Origin: a virus
Lineage: Duplodnaviria > Caudoviricetes
IMG/VR virus record: IMGVR_UViG_3300006120_000003
Coordinates: 1-43,781 of that record
Direction: 5' to 3' (one strand)
Length of the DNA: 43,781 bases
The translations under genes were made by a program, and so were the position numbers. Positions within the stretch are counted from its first letter, which is position 1; every line of letters begins with the position of its first letter. The notes beneath the pieces were generated by a model. It was given only the letters and a program-made list of their open reading frames with translations, was not told the DNA's origin and did not search any database. Of the stretch, positions 18,475 through 28,637 are shown piece by piece.

Positions 18475-18690
18475 ATGCCTATCAATGTTATTCTCGCAAT
18501 CATCGAAGGTGTTGTGGAACAGGTGCCATCTGTTATTGCTGCTTTCAACACCTGGAAGTCAGCTGTCAACAGTGGCGCAGATCCGACTGCTGCTCAACTT
18601 GCTATGTATGAAGCTGCTGTTGATGCGGCTTATAAGAAGCTAGTTGCTCTGCAGAATGCTCAACCTGTTGCCGCAGTCACTGGCAATTAA
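18475..18690 (+). CDS. Small amphipathic helical protein (71 aa)
   Basis: AAGGAG RBS; starts one base after the lipoprotein stop; GADPT turn between two helices. Confidence 0.7.
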   Translation: MPINVILAIIEGVVEQVPSVIAAFNTWKSAVNSGADPTAAQLAMYEAAVDAAYKKLVALQNAQPVAAVTGN

Positions 18691-18706
18691 CAACTAAATA
18701 AAGAGT

Positions 18707-18748
18707 ACTTACCACAGGGTATCTTTACGGAGGTACCCTGACATAAGT
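18707..18748 (+). other. Intergenic stem-loop (UACG loop)
   Basis: cagggtatctt-tacg-gaggtaccctg with outer actta/taagt pairing; no U tract. Confidence 0.6.
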
Positions 18749-18768
18749 CCTCTAACGGAGTTAAAGAA

Positions 18769-20364
18769 ATGGCCGTAGATATTGGCAGTCTTATTTCATC
18801 GCTGCTTGGTACCGGAACTACTACCACTAATGTGAACAGTCCTTTCTCTGGGCTGCTTAATCAGATCTCTCAGGAAGCATCTACGCGTGGTTCTGATCCG
18901 TTCGCTGCACTGGCACCGACGTTCAATGCTAACTCGCTATTAGCGTCTCAGGCATTTGCACCTCAGTTGTCCTATGCCCATCAAGCTGGTATCTATAATG
19001 ACACCGCTACTAATCAGGCGGCCAACCAGCAAGCAGCTATTGTAGCCGGTCAGAATAATCAGGTCGCTGCTAACTATGGAACTGCGCAGGATCAGATTGC
19101 TGCTCAGGCTGCAGCCGCTGCTGCTAACAGTTCTCGTACTCAACAGCAATCTTCTACCGGCTTACTGGGTAACTTAGGATCTATACTGCCCATAGCTGGT
19201 GGTGCCTACGGTGGCTACAAGCTGTATAATGGCTGGAATGATCCTAGCACATCTGTTGGCAACATTGTTAATAAGTTAGGTATTGGTACTGGTCCTGCTC
19301 CTGTGCAGCCAATCAGTGCAGCTTCTCAAGCTATTACCAACTCTAATGCGGCTGTTAGCAGTGCTGCTGCTGGTAATGCAATGGATCAAGGCTTCGCAGG
19401 TCCTCAGACTTTCCAAGCTGGTGATACCATTCCTGATGGCTTAACTATTCAAGCACCAGTTACTGGTAGTGTTGTTCCTAATGCAGCTAACACTGGTTTC
19501 CAAGCATCTAGCGTTCCCTACGCTGGACAAGGTGCTATTACGCAGGATGCTCAGGCTGCTACCGCTGCTAATGCAACAGCCTCACAGACTTCTGGTACTG
19601 TGGATGTTGCTGGTCAAGTTGCTCCGGATGTTACTCAGGGAGTTGGTGCACAGGCTGCTCAAGAAAATCTCTCTGGCAACATTGATGGAATCACTTCCAA
19701 TGTGGATCAAGCTACTTCTACAGCGGCTGATGCAGCTTCTAATACCGCTGATCAAATCAGTGGCTTGGCTACTGACGGTGTTGAAAATGTTGCTTCTGAT
19801 GCAGCTGGCTCCGCTGTTGATACTGCATTAGATACTGCTGGTGATGCGCTGCCTGGTATTGGTAGCTTGTTCTCTCTTGGAAATGCTGGTAATGCTTTTG
19901 CCAATGGTGATATTGGTGGTGGCTTCCTCGGTCTTGCTGAAGCTATTCCTGTCGTCGGTCCTATCATTGGCGGGCTCGATAGCATCTTCTCTAATGCCTC
20001 GGTTATCTGCACCGCTATGAAAGACACTGGCTCAATGAGCAAGGAAATGTGGCTGCTTGGTACGAAGCACTTCTACGAGAATTATAGTGAGACTGCTATC
20101 AAGTCTTATCACAAGTGGGCTATGCCGATGGCAGATCATATCCGTAAGCATCCTACCAGCCTAGTGAGCAAGATATTCAGCAAGTTGTTCAATGCGCGCA
20201 GCCAGTATGTTTGCTCGCTGTATCGCCCTCGTAAGTACCGTAAGACCTTTAGTAACAAGGCCGCGTTCTACACTGTTGAAGTTATCACTTGGACTGTTGG
20301 TCTTGTGACTCTCCAGTGGCTTGGTCGTAAGGGTCCGTTGGCATACACTCGTAAGGAGATTTAA
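18769..20364 (+). CDS. Internal virion or DNA ejection protein
   Basis: Ala/Gln/Gly-rich, glycine-rich hydrophobic segments, basic C-terminal domain starting VICTAM. Confidence 0.65.
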   Translation: MAVDIGSLISSLLGTGTTTTNVNSPFSGLLNQISQEASTRGSDPFAALAPTFNANSLLASQAFAPQLSYAHQAGIYNDTATNQAANQQAAIVAGQNNQVAANYGTAQDQIAAQAAAAAANSSRTQQQSSTGLLGNLGSILPIAGGAYGGYKLYNGWNDPSTSVGNIVNKLGIGTGPAPVQPISAASQAITNSNAAVSSAAAGNAMDQGFAGPQTFQAGDTIPDGLTIQAPVTGSVVPNAANTGFQASSVPYAGQGAITQDAQAATAANATASQTSGTVDVAGQVAPDVTQGVGAQAAQENLSGNIDGITSNVDQATSTAADAASNTADQISGLATDGVENVASDAAGSAVDTALDTAGDALPGIGSLFSLGNAGNAFANGDIGGGFLGLAEAIPVVGPIIGGLDSIFSNASVICTAMKDTGSMSKEMWLLGTKHFYENYSETAIKSYHKWAMPMADHIRKHPTSLVSKIFSKLFNARSQYVCSLYRPRKYRKTFSNKAAFYTVEVITWTVGLVTLQWLGRKGPLAYTRKEI

Positions 20365-20366
20365 TT

Positions 20367-22415
20367 ATGGCTCCCGCAGATTCTCCTACTGGAAGTAATG
20401 ACTCTTTAACATTTGATTATGCAGGGTCGCTGCAAAACGTCCTTGGTCAACTCGGAGCCAACAATAACTTCTTTGGCAATCCGCAACTCTATGATCGTAA
20501 CCAGCCGCAGATTGATAGTCTGGTTGGTCAGATTAAAGGTGCGGCTGCGGGTATTGCTGCTAAGTCTGGTCAACTGGATCAAGACTCTAGCATCATCAAG
20601 AGTGTTACTCCTGGGATGCAGCAGGACAACCGAGACATTGGTGCTGCTCAAGCACAGATTACTCAGGACAAAGCTGCTGATGCTATTGAAGCGCACCGCC
20701 TGTTTACTGCTCAGGCACAAGCTGCACTGGGATCAGATCCCTCTAAAGGAATCATTGACGCGCTTAATATCGTAGGTGCCAAGAACCAAGTTGTTGCACA
20801 GGCTGGTCAGCAAGCTATTCAGGCTTCTCAGAACCTAGCTGATGCTACCAACACCTCTATCCAAGATGATCCGCTTGGCTTCTTGTACAATCAGATCATT
20901 GGAATTCCTGTTGCTCAGGAGCAGGCACAAGCTGCTGGCTCTGTGTTTAATGCTGCCTTGGCTGATAGGAATGCTTCCGCTCAAAGCATCATGGATACTG
21001 ACAATGCGTTGCTTAAAGCGCAGACGATGGATACGTTGCTTGCTCAGCAAACGCTTAAAGACCAAGCTGCTCAGCAAGCATTGATTGATGTTAAGACGGC
21101 TAACCTGAAAGCTGCTGCTACTCTTATTGACAATACGAAAGTTGCAGCTTCGGTCACTGCTCAGTCTGCTGAAGCTCTTGCACATGTCGGTGCTACTGCT
21201 GCGGCGGGTGCTGGCATTCTTAACAGCCAAGCTAACATCTCCCTTGAACAGCAACGTGACGCAGCTATCAATGTGCAGGCTGCACTCACCCGACTTGGCT
21301 CTATAGCTGAAGTTGAAAAGACCATTGGCGTTCAGAAAACTCTTAATACCATTAACGCTAAGACTGGCTTGTCAATTCCTATGGATGTGTACCAGTCAGA
21401 TCAAGCTGTTAAAGATGCAGCTTATACGATGGCCTCTGGAACTGGTACTCTCACGCAACGCTACAATGCAGCTATGAGGCTCACTCCCTATGCTACTGGG
21501 GCCGCGCTTGAGCAGATTAAGAATCTGCAGTCCACCTATTCCAAGGCTCGTATCATCGCTACTAACAAAGCGCGCTTAGCACAGATTACAGACCCCAATG
21601 CAATTGACGGAATGACTGAGGGTGCTATGCAGATGGAGGTTGCCAATGACGCTAATCGTCAGACGGTTAATCTCACTCAGAAGAATACTGCACAGATTCT
21701 CAACAACTCTGGTGCAGGTGTTGTTCTTGGCAATACCAGCTTCGGTAAGACTCTTGAGAGTGTTCGTCAAGAAAATCCTGGTCAAGCCATTAGTGCTCAG
21801 GCAGCTATTCAGATCGGTATCAACTCCTTTCTCAATGGCCCTCCCACTCAACTTGGTACTGGACTTCTTGGTACGCTGCATCAGTATCTTTCAACTAACC
21901 CAGTCACTGGTAATGTGCATTCTCCTGAGCAGATTGCTCAAGGTGCATCTGCCCCTGGCTCACTAAGAATTGCTTGGAACCAGTTGACTCAGGACTCTAA
22001 GAATCCACTGATGCAAGCTACTCTTGACTCGGCTTATAAGCAAGCTGTTGCTATCTCCACATATAACAGGGCGGCTCGCTTGCAGGCTATTCAGCAGAAT
22101 GGAATGGATAAGGTAGGTATCAGCGATCAAGCTATTACTCCTGTGACCATCAATGGAGAGACTGTCAATCCTGAGAATCCTACTGAAGTGTTCCGTGCGA
22201 TCATCAAATCTACTGGCATCTCTATCAACCAGTATCAAGGTGGCGGCCTGCTTAATAGCCTGTTCGGTGTTGGGTTGCCTCAGGATATTATGAACAAGTA
22301 CAACTCTGATCTCACTGATGTCGGTGATAAGCTGCGTGAACGCGGCAAGTCTGTTCCCAACCAGAAGGATGAAACTGTTAAGGTTCCTACCTATCCTGGT
22401 AAGTATCAGCAATAA
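20367..22415 (+). CDS. Internal virion protein (682 aa)
   Basis: Ala/Gln-rich helical protein, second of three large genes ending the late arm. Confidence 0.65.
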   Translation: MAPADSPTGSNDSLTFDYAGSLQNVLGQLGANNNFFGNPQLYDRNQPQIDSLVGQIKGAAAGIAAKSGQLDQDSSIIKSVTPGMQQDNRDIGAAQAQITQDKAADAIEAHRLFTAQAQAALGSDPSKGIIDALNIVGAKNQVVAQAGQQAIQASQNLADATNTSIQDDPLGFLYNQIIGIPVAQEQAQAAGSVFNAALADRNASAQSIMDTDNALLKAQTMDTLLAQQTLKDQAAQQALIDVKTANLKAAATLIDNTKVAASVTAQSAEALAHVGATAAAGAGILNSQANISLEQQRDAAINVQAALTRLGSIAEVEKTIGVQKTLNTINAKTGLSIPMDVYQSDQAVKDAAYTMASGTGTLTQRYNAAMRLTPYATGAALEQIKNLQSTYSKARIIATNKARLAQITDPNAIDGMTEGAMQMEVANDANRQTVNLTQKNTAQILNNSGAGVVLGNTSFGKTLESVRQENPGQAISAQAAIQIGINSFLNGPPTQLGTGLLGTLHQYLSTNPVTGNVHSPEQIAQGASAPGSLRIAWNQLTQDSKNPLMQATLDSAYKQAVAISTYNRAARLQAIQQNGMDKVGISDQAITPVTINGETVNPENPTEVFRAIIKSTGISINQYQGGGLLNSLFGVGLPQDIMNKYNSDLTDVGDKLRERGKSVPNQKDETVKVPTYPGKYQQ

Positions 22416-22427
22416 GAGGAAACAATC

Positions 22428-25400
22428 ATGGCACTAGTTGACAATAAGACCAAGCAGCCTAATGATGTTGGCGCTTCTCTTGATATTGAAGATCTTCTGA
22501 CTGGCGGCAAAGGTATCACCGATCCAGTCAGCATGGTATCTGACAAGGGACAGCAACCTCCTAATAATGCTGATGGCTCACAGCAGTCCTCTCTCATGGA
22601 CTTCTCTGCTCAAGATGTAACTAGGATTTCTCCTTATGACTTTGTCACTAAGGCGGTTCCTCTTACTGCTTTGAGTATTGTCAACTCTTTTGCTAATACG
22701 CCGAAGGTGGTGTTTAATCTGTTCGGCGGCAATAGCAAGTACTATGATATGAACTCTTGGGATTGGGCGCTCTCTCAGGACACAGAAGATTTCTATCAGA
22801 AACACTCTGATGGAATTGAAGCTGCTGGTTTAATAACTGGTAGCATTCTCACTGATGGTGCTGTGGCGGCTGGTTATTCTAAGGGAATCTCTGCTGCTGC
22901 TAATCGCTACGCTGCTTATGAAGCTGGCGAGGTTACTGATACCGCATCTAAGTTGCTTGGAATGCTTCCCGGAGTTTCTAAGAAGAACCTTGTCAATGAC
23001 ATTATGGTCGGTATGCAAGGTGATACTTATGCGGCTGAAGCTGGTGAAGCTGCTGCATCTGCTCCTTATGGAGGTGCTGCTTTCTATCGAGATATGGCAG
23101 CAGAAAAATCTAAAGCTATTGGACTTGGAATTGCAGATGATGCACTTCTGAATCTTTCCATGTCTGTTGTTAGCAATGCGGCTTTAGCGGGTTCGCCGCT
23201 TCTGAGAGACTCAGATGCTTCGGATATTGCAGATAACATCTTCATGGGCACTCTGCTGGGTACTGCCTTCATGGGCACGCTTGATGGCTTCTTTACCAAC
23301 GGCGCTATTAACAAGGCGCGCATGTATGCAGATAATGCTTCTAAGTGGGCTGAGCATGTTGCTGATCTAGGACAGGGAAACTTCTCTGCTGGTGATCGCA
23401 TTGTTCCTGCTCTGCAAGCTATCGACACACTGTCAGATACCGTTGAGAATCCCATTAAGTACAATTGGCTGGAACGCTTCAAAGCAAAGCAATCTATCTC
23501 TGCTAATGAGAAGATTGCTATGGACGCTATTACTTCTATCACGGGTGATGCAGAAGTTTCATCTGGTGTGCTGGATGTTATTAAGCAGCAGATGGCTACT
23601 GCCAAAGCGGCAGGTGATCCTAACGCGCTTGATAGCGTGTATTCGTTCTGGGCAAACTTAAGTGGTGCCGGTCGATACACTGATGAAGTTGCAGCCACTG
23701 ATACTAGCGATCTGATTTATCTCAATCGCTTCAAGAGTGATTCTCCTCATGTTAATGACATCTCTGCTTACTTTACTCCTAAAGCTGGAATGAAAGTAGA
23801 TGAAGATGGCAACCTGCTTGAGGAACTCAAAGGTGTTGATACCTCAATGGCGTATCGTATGCCTGATCCTACTCAACCTCCTCAGATCGCTGCCGCTGGT
23901 ATGCAGATTGGTAGCACCACTATTGCCAATGCTCAGCAGGCATTCGATGCTGGTTACGATGTGTTCATTAAATATAATGGACAGGCTCATGTTAATACCA
24001 AGAGTACACGCATCGTAGCAGCTCCGAGGCCGGGTGAGAACGATATTCTTCCTCAGTATCTTGAACGCATCTATCGTGATACTGGTGCTATTCCGGAAGG
24101 TTGGCAAGGAAAGTTCCGTAGTGCTCCGCAGTTCATTGATCGGGCTACTGGCGATGTTGCTTACGAAGTAACTCCAGTAGCTGGTGATTATGGCAAACCT
24201 ATTCTCGGTAATGATGGCTTGTCTGCTGGTGAGAAGTCTTGGAACTTCGGTGTCGATGTTCCTATGGATGGACCTGATTCCTTTGTATCTAAGCTGCTTG
24301 GACTTGGTGGAGCAACTGCTGATAAGCTAGATGCAGTAGAACAGAATGCTCGCTATGTGTGGGCTAAGTTGCGCGGTATTCAACCGGGTGACTCTATTGC
24401 TTCTACTGATCTTCCCATGCTGGAGCAACTGTATCGTGAAGCATCTGAGTCTCCTTTGCCATTTAACTCGTGGGCAGAGAAGCTGAAAATCACCATTCGT
24501 AATGCGGATGATGAAGAAGGTACAGTACCTCTTGCAGAAATGTTCTACGATAAGAACTCCCTGCTTAATCACATTCGCTTCGAGAAAGAAGATGCGCTTG
24601 CTACGCTACATGCTTCTGGCAATTATAATGTAAATGAAATCAATCGCATCCTCAATCTTTCTAAGGATGGTTTAGGAGCAGGAACTCCTGAGAGCGTCAT
24701 TGGTAATGTGGAAGATTCCATGCATCCCAGGCACTTGCAGGTGCAGTTCAAACTGGGAGACATTATGCAACAAGATGGTAATATTTTGCGCGGTATGCAG
24801 AATACGCAGTACCGTGTTAATACCATTGTTGCTCGCATGGATGATGCAGTTCGTGCTCTTGGTCCTATGACGGAAAACATCATTCCTAATCTAGAAGATC
24901 TGAAGATCACTAAGACCACTGCTGATGCTATTGTTGATGCTTCTGGTGCTGGCTTCTTGAAACAGTCTCAAGGTGCCTATGGATCTTTCCGGCAGGCCAC
25001 TGAGTTCGTTGGTAAGAAGGTCAATGAAGCTATCACTAAGTGGAGTGAGTCTGTAGGTACTGCGTTGTCTCCGTCTGCTCGGCAGCTTAAGATGCCTGAG
25101 AATAAGATGGACTTCCAGAAGATGAGCAACTTCGTTACTGCTTCTCGTATGACTTCTGAGAAATGGAAGTGGCTTGATGATGCTATTGCCCAACAGCAAT
25201 TCCCTAATCTCAAGCCCGGTCAGCGAGTAGTTGTTCTCAAGAACGCTCTGGAAACAGATGCTCAGTCTGGTGCGCCTTTGTGGAACTCCGACTATATTCC
25301 TCAGGGATTTGTCAAAGGTGCTATGGACGGTTCCACTTCCACTGTTAAAGGATTGCGTAACTTCTATGTCCTCGATCAGCATGGTGCAGAGTTCCTTAGC

Positions 25401-27845
25401 ACTCATACCAAATATACTCAGATGATGGCGAAAGCTGAGAAGCTGATGTATGGTGCGCGCGGCCTTAACAGGGCGATTGATGACGACATTGTTTATATTC
25501 CGCCGATCAACACTAAAGAATATAATCACTTCTTCATTGCTCGCCCTAAGGCAGACTCTCTGTCAGGAACTCCCAACTATCATATCGTTACTGCTGATAG
25601 CGAGCACGCTCTGTGGGATAAGCGCATCCTGCTGGAGAATGACTATGACATCTACACTAAGGGAGAGTCAGTAGATTACCATAAAGCTATGGGTGATTAT
25701 GATGCTGGCCGCTCTTTCTACCAAGCGCGTACTGATGCAGCTATGGCTCGTAAAGGTATCATCAATGATATTATTCCTGTCACTAATCCCGACAATCTAA
25801 TTCGGCAGTTCTCTGACTTCCATGCTCAGATGGGCAGCAAGATGGTAAGAGACTCCGCTGAACTTGCTAACAGCCAACTGTTCGCTGAACTTGATGCTAT
25901 GGGCAAGAAGTATACTGCGATGGCAAATAGTAAGTTTGGTGGCTCTATGATCGACAAGTTCCTCGATCGCTCTAAGGATGATCCTTATCAACAGTTCATG
26001 GATACCGCAGTTGATAAATCCTCTAAGGATAAGTATACGCTGTGGAACAATACCAACGAAGCTTTTGAAGCCACGTTCAATAGTGCGTTCAGAAAGGTCC
26101 ACGATGCTATCTCTGAAGTTCGCATGGGTACTAAGGATGCGGCGGATGTAGGTGCTCAGATGGAGCGCGATGGTCTTGGTAATCCTTTTGCCGATGCTGT
26201 CAATGGAATGGCTCGCTTCGGCGTTGCTAATAAAATGCCACCTGCTCGTTACTTGAGTAACATCCTGCGCTTGAACAACGCTTTGTTAGGTGCGGCTGTT
26301 ATTAAGTATGATCCGCTGCAACAGCTTCTCCATGCTCTCAGCACTCCCATTCTGGTAGCTACTGAAGGCTATCGAGTTTTGTCTGGCGGTGTCTACAAGG
26401 AACTCCTGCAGACTAATATCCCTGGCACTAATGCTCCTGTGTGGGCTATCAGCAAACCAGTGTACAAAGCTGTGAAGAACTTCCTCAATCAAGATCTTGT
26501 GAACCCAGATCATCTTGAAATGTATAAGCGAGTTCTGCAGAATCGCAATCTTGGTACTGAAGAAATGATGAGCCTCAAGGATCTTGCTATGCCTTACGGC
26601 GAGAAGATTGCTGAGTCTCGTTATGGTGAGTATGCTTCTAAGATTAAACAGTGGATTAGTAAGCCGTTCGATGTTACTGAGGCTTTCACTAACTTTGTCT
26701 CTGCTGATGTTGGGCGTCAAATCTTTGAAGCACAAGGCATGACCGGCAAAGAACTAGAGATGAATGTTACCTCATTTGTTAACAGGACGAAAGCTAACAT
26801 CTTAACATCTCAGCGGCCGGTTGCTTTCCAAGGACCTGTCGGTCAGGCAGTAGGATTGTTCCAGACCTATTACTTCAACATGATGCAGAACATGTTCCGT
26901 ATGGTGGAGAACTCTGAGACTAAGTCTCTTGGCCTGTTGCTTGGGTTACAAGGAACTCTCTTTGGTGTTCAGGGACTTCCTGGCATTAACTTCATCAACC
27001 GCTCAATAGCCTCTGGTGCAGATAATCCTGGCCATAAGGATTTGTATTCTCTCCTTCCTTCCTACATGGGTAAGGACATGAGCGACTGGCTTCTGTATGG
27101 CTCAGTATCTAATATACTCAACACCAACATCTATCAGCGTTCTGAACTCAATCCCAGAAACCTCTCTATCATCCCGCTTAATCCTGCTGATTGGCCAGCG
27201 GTTAGTGGTACGGCGCGCTTCTGGGGAAACATTGCTGACACATTCTCCAAGGTAAAGAATGGCGGAGATATTTACAACTCTCTCATGCAAGGTGTTGAAC
27301 ACAATGGTATCTCCCGTCCTCTTACTGGACTTGCGGAGTTTATCCAAGGTTACTCTACAACTAGCAAAGGCTCATTGATTGCGCTTAATCATCCCGCTGG
27401 TCAAAGCGAGATGTTTAACGCAGCTACGTTTGCTCGGTTAATGGGAGGGCGGCCACTTGATGAGGCTATCATTCTCAACGACATGTATCGGAGAAACCTG
27501 TATCAAGCTAAGGACCGTGCTAGGATGGAAGCATTGGGAGAAGCAGTAAAGTCGAAGATGATCTCTGGTCAAGAACTTTCCAAGGAAGAACTTCAAGACT
27601 ATGCTGACCGCTATGCTGCACTAGGTGGGAACATTAAAAACTTTAACTCATCAATAATGCGCTGGCACAAGGATGCAACTCAATCTGTAGCTAATAAAGT
27701 ATTCAAACATCTACAAGATCCAAAGGCTCAACAATCTATGAAAGTAATGGGAGGCCGACCATTGTATGACTACACGGCCAGCTCTCCCGATAATCTCAAT
27801 CAGCCTCAACAGGCTGTAGCAGATACTTCCCCTCAACAAGCCTAA
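22428..27845 (+). CDS. Large internal virion protein (1805 aa)
   Basis: Size, position and C-terminal GQAVGLFQTY..hydrophobic region typical of large podovirus ejection proteins. Confidence 0.7.
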   Translation: MALVDNKTKQPNDVGASLDIEDLLTGGKGITDPVSMVSDKGQQPPNNADGSQQSSLMDFSAQDVTRISPYDFVTKAVPLTALSIVNSFANTPKVVFNLFGGNSKYYDMNSWDWALSQDTEDFYQKHSDGIEAAGLITGSILTDGAVAAGYSKGISAAANRYAAYEAGEVTDTASKLLGMLPGVSKKNLVNDIMVGMQGDTYAAEAGEAAASAPYGGAAFYRDMAAEKSKAIGLGIADDALLNLSMSVVSNAALAGSPLLRDSDASDIADNIFMGTLLGTAFMGTLDGFFTNGAINKARMYADNASKWAEHVADLGQGNFSAGDRIVPALQAIDTLSDTVENPIKYNWLERFKAKQSISANEKIAMDAITSITGDAEVSSGVLDVIKQQMATAKAAGDPNALDSVYSFWANLSGAGRYTDEVAATDTSDLIYLNRFKSDSPHVNDISAYFTPKAGMKVDEDGNLLEELKGVDTSMAYRMPDPTQPPQIAAAGMQIGSTTIANAQQAFDAGYDVFIKYNGQAHVNTKSTRIVAAPRPGENDILPQYLERIYRDTGAIPEGWQGKFRSAPQFIDRATGDVAYEVTPVAGDYGKPILGNDGLSAGEKSWNFGVDVPMDGPDSFVSKLLGLGGATADKLDAVEQNARYVWAKLRGIQPGDSIASTDLPMLEQLYREASESPLPFNSWAEKLKITIRNADDEEGTVPLAEMFYDKNSLLNHIRFEKEDALATLHASGNYNVNEINRILNLSKDGLGAGTPESVIGNVEDSMHPRHLQVQFKLGDIMQQDGNILRGMQNTQYRVNTIVARMDDAVRALGPMTENIIPNLEDLKITKTTADAIVDASGAGFLKQSQGAYGSFRQATEFVGKKVNEAITKWSESVGTALSPSARQLKMPENKMDFQKMSNFVTASRMTSEKWKWLDDAIAQQQFPNLKPGQRVVVLKNALETDAQSGAPLWNSDYIPQGFVKGAMDGSTSTVKGLRNFYVLDQHGAEFLSTHTKYTQMMAKAEKLMYGARGLNRAIDDDIVYIPPINTKEYNHFFIARPKADSLSGTPNYHIVTADSEHALWDKRILLENDYDIYTKGESVDYHKAMGDYDAGRSFYQARTDAAMARKGIINDIIPVTNPDNLIRQFSDFHAQMGSKMVRDSAELANSQLFAELDAMGKKYTAMANSKFGGSMIDKFLDRSKDDPYQQFMDTAVDKSSKDKYTLWNNTNEAFEATFNSAFRKVHDAISEVRMGTKDAADVGAQMERDGLGNPFADAVNGMARFGVANKMPPARYLSNILRLNNALLGAAVIKYDPLQQLLHALSTPILVATEGYRVLSGGVYKELLQTNIPGTNAPVWAISKPVYKAVKNFLNQDLVNPDHLEMYKRVLQNRNLGTEEMMSLKDLAMPYGEKIAESRYGEYASKIKQWISKPFDVTEAFTNFVSADVGRQIFEAQGMTGKELEMNVTSFVNRTKANILTSQRPVAFQGPVGQAVGLFQTYYFNMMQNMFRMVENSETKSLGLLLGLQGTLFGVQGLPGINFINRSIASGADNPGHKDLYSLLPSYMGKDMSDWLLYGSVSNILNTNIYQRSELNPRNLSIIPLNPADWPAVSGTARFWGNIADTFSKVKNGGDIYNSLMQGVEHNGISRPLTGLAEFIQGYSTTSKGSLIALNHPAGQSEMFNAATFARLMGGRPLDEAIILNDMYRRNLYQAKDRARMEALGEAVKSKMISGQELSKEELQDYADRYAALGGNIKNFNSSIMRWHKDATQSVANKVFKHLQDPKAQQSMKVMGGRPLYDYTASSPDNLNQPQQAVADTSPQQA

Positions 27846-27981
27846 AGTTTCGGTGCCCCCAGGGAACTATCTCTGGGGGCATTCCATCTGCTGAGTAACT
27901 AACTTCCTTCTGTGCTAGTATTGATTTCCCGTCCGCACTCCACAGCATCCATTGCTTGTGGATTTTCTGTTGTTGCCCCAT
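27796..27981 (-). CDS. Hypothetical protein (61 aa)
   Basis: AGGAGG RBS before MGQQQK; 3' end overlaps the convergent 1805-aa gene by 50 nt. Confidence 0.5.
   Translation of the reverse strand: MGQQQKIHKQWMLWSADGKSILAQKEVSYSADGMPPEIVPWGHRNFRLVEGKYLLQPVEAD
27854..27881. terminator. GC-rich hairpin at the convergence point of the two arms
   Basis: tgcccccaggga/tctctgggggca stem; no clear U tract on either strand. Confidence 0.45.
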
Positions 27982-28306
27982 TTGATCCTCCTGTGTCAAT
28001 GAACATTCCATAGTTAACAGAAAGCGTGTATCTGATTGCTTTATCTTGGATAATAGTTAGTCTCTTATCTTCGTGCTCCAGCTTCTCATATGTGCGTGGA
28101 GACATCCCAATCAAATTCGCCATCTCGTACTGAGTCACTTTCAGTACTGCTCTCAGTGCTTTCAGATCGTCCGATGTCAGTAGCGGGTAACGATTGTGCA
28201 GGTGTAGTATCGTCGTCTCGTGGTACTTCATTGCTCTCCTCTGCTTCTTCTCCAAAAGTTTCTGGGATTGCCGCAATTGTTCCAGTTCCTTCTTCGAGGC
28301 TGACAT
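27899..28306 (-). CDS. XRE-family helix-turn-helix protein
   Basis: LKALRAVLKVTQYEMANLIGMSPRTYEKLE; GGAAGGA RBS before MSASKK. Confidence 0.75.
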   Translation of the reverse strand: MSASKKELEQLRQSQKLLEKKQRRAMKYHETTILHLHNRYPLLTSDDLKALRAVLKVTQYEMANLIGMSPRTYEKLEHEDKRLTIIQDKAIRYTLSVNYGMFIDTGGSNGATTENPQAMDAVECGREINTSTEGS

Positions 28307-28637
28307 GTCCTTCCCTTTCAACAAGTTCAGCATTTACTAGCCGAGGATCAGCTAACCAAGGTTGATTTGGATTTACCCTCCTATTACGGAGTGCCGCCAA
28401 GAGGATATTACATAAGCTAGGAACGTCGTAATATCCATCAAGAGCAATATCCAGATGGCAACCAAGTATTCCGAGGCACTCCTCAAAGCTCTTGCCATTG
28501 GCGACCCACTTGGCAATATCAGCGTGCTCCGGCTTTTGCAGTTCTGTTCGCAACGCAACAAGTGAAGGCGGAGGTACTCGCTCCTCAATAAGGTGGTGCG
28601 TGTCTGCATAACCAAAGTCCTTTCCTTCTACTGTCAT
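28086..28637 (-). CDS. Hypothetical protein (183 aa, acidic tail)
   Basis: GGAGG RBS; TAATG coupling to helicase stop. Confidence 0.7.
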   Translation of the reverse strand: MTVEGKDFGYADTHHLIEERVPPPSLVALRTELQKPEHADIAKWVANGKSFEECLGILGCHLDIALDGYYDVPSLCNILLAALRNRRVNPNQPWLADPRLVNAELVEREGHVSLEEGTGTIAAIPETFGEEAEESNEVPRDDDTTPAQSLPATDIGRSESTESSTESDSVRDGEFDWDVSTHI

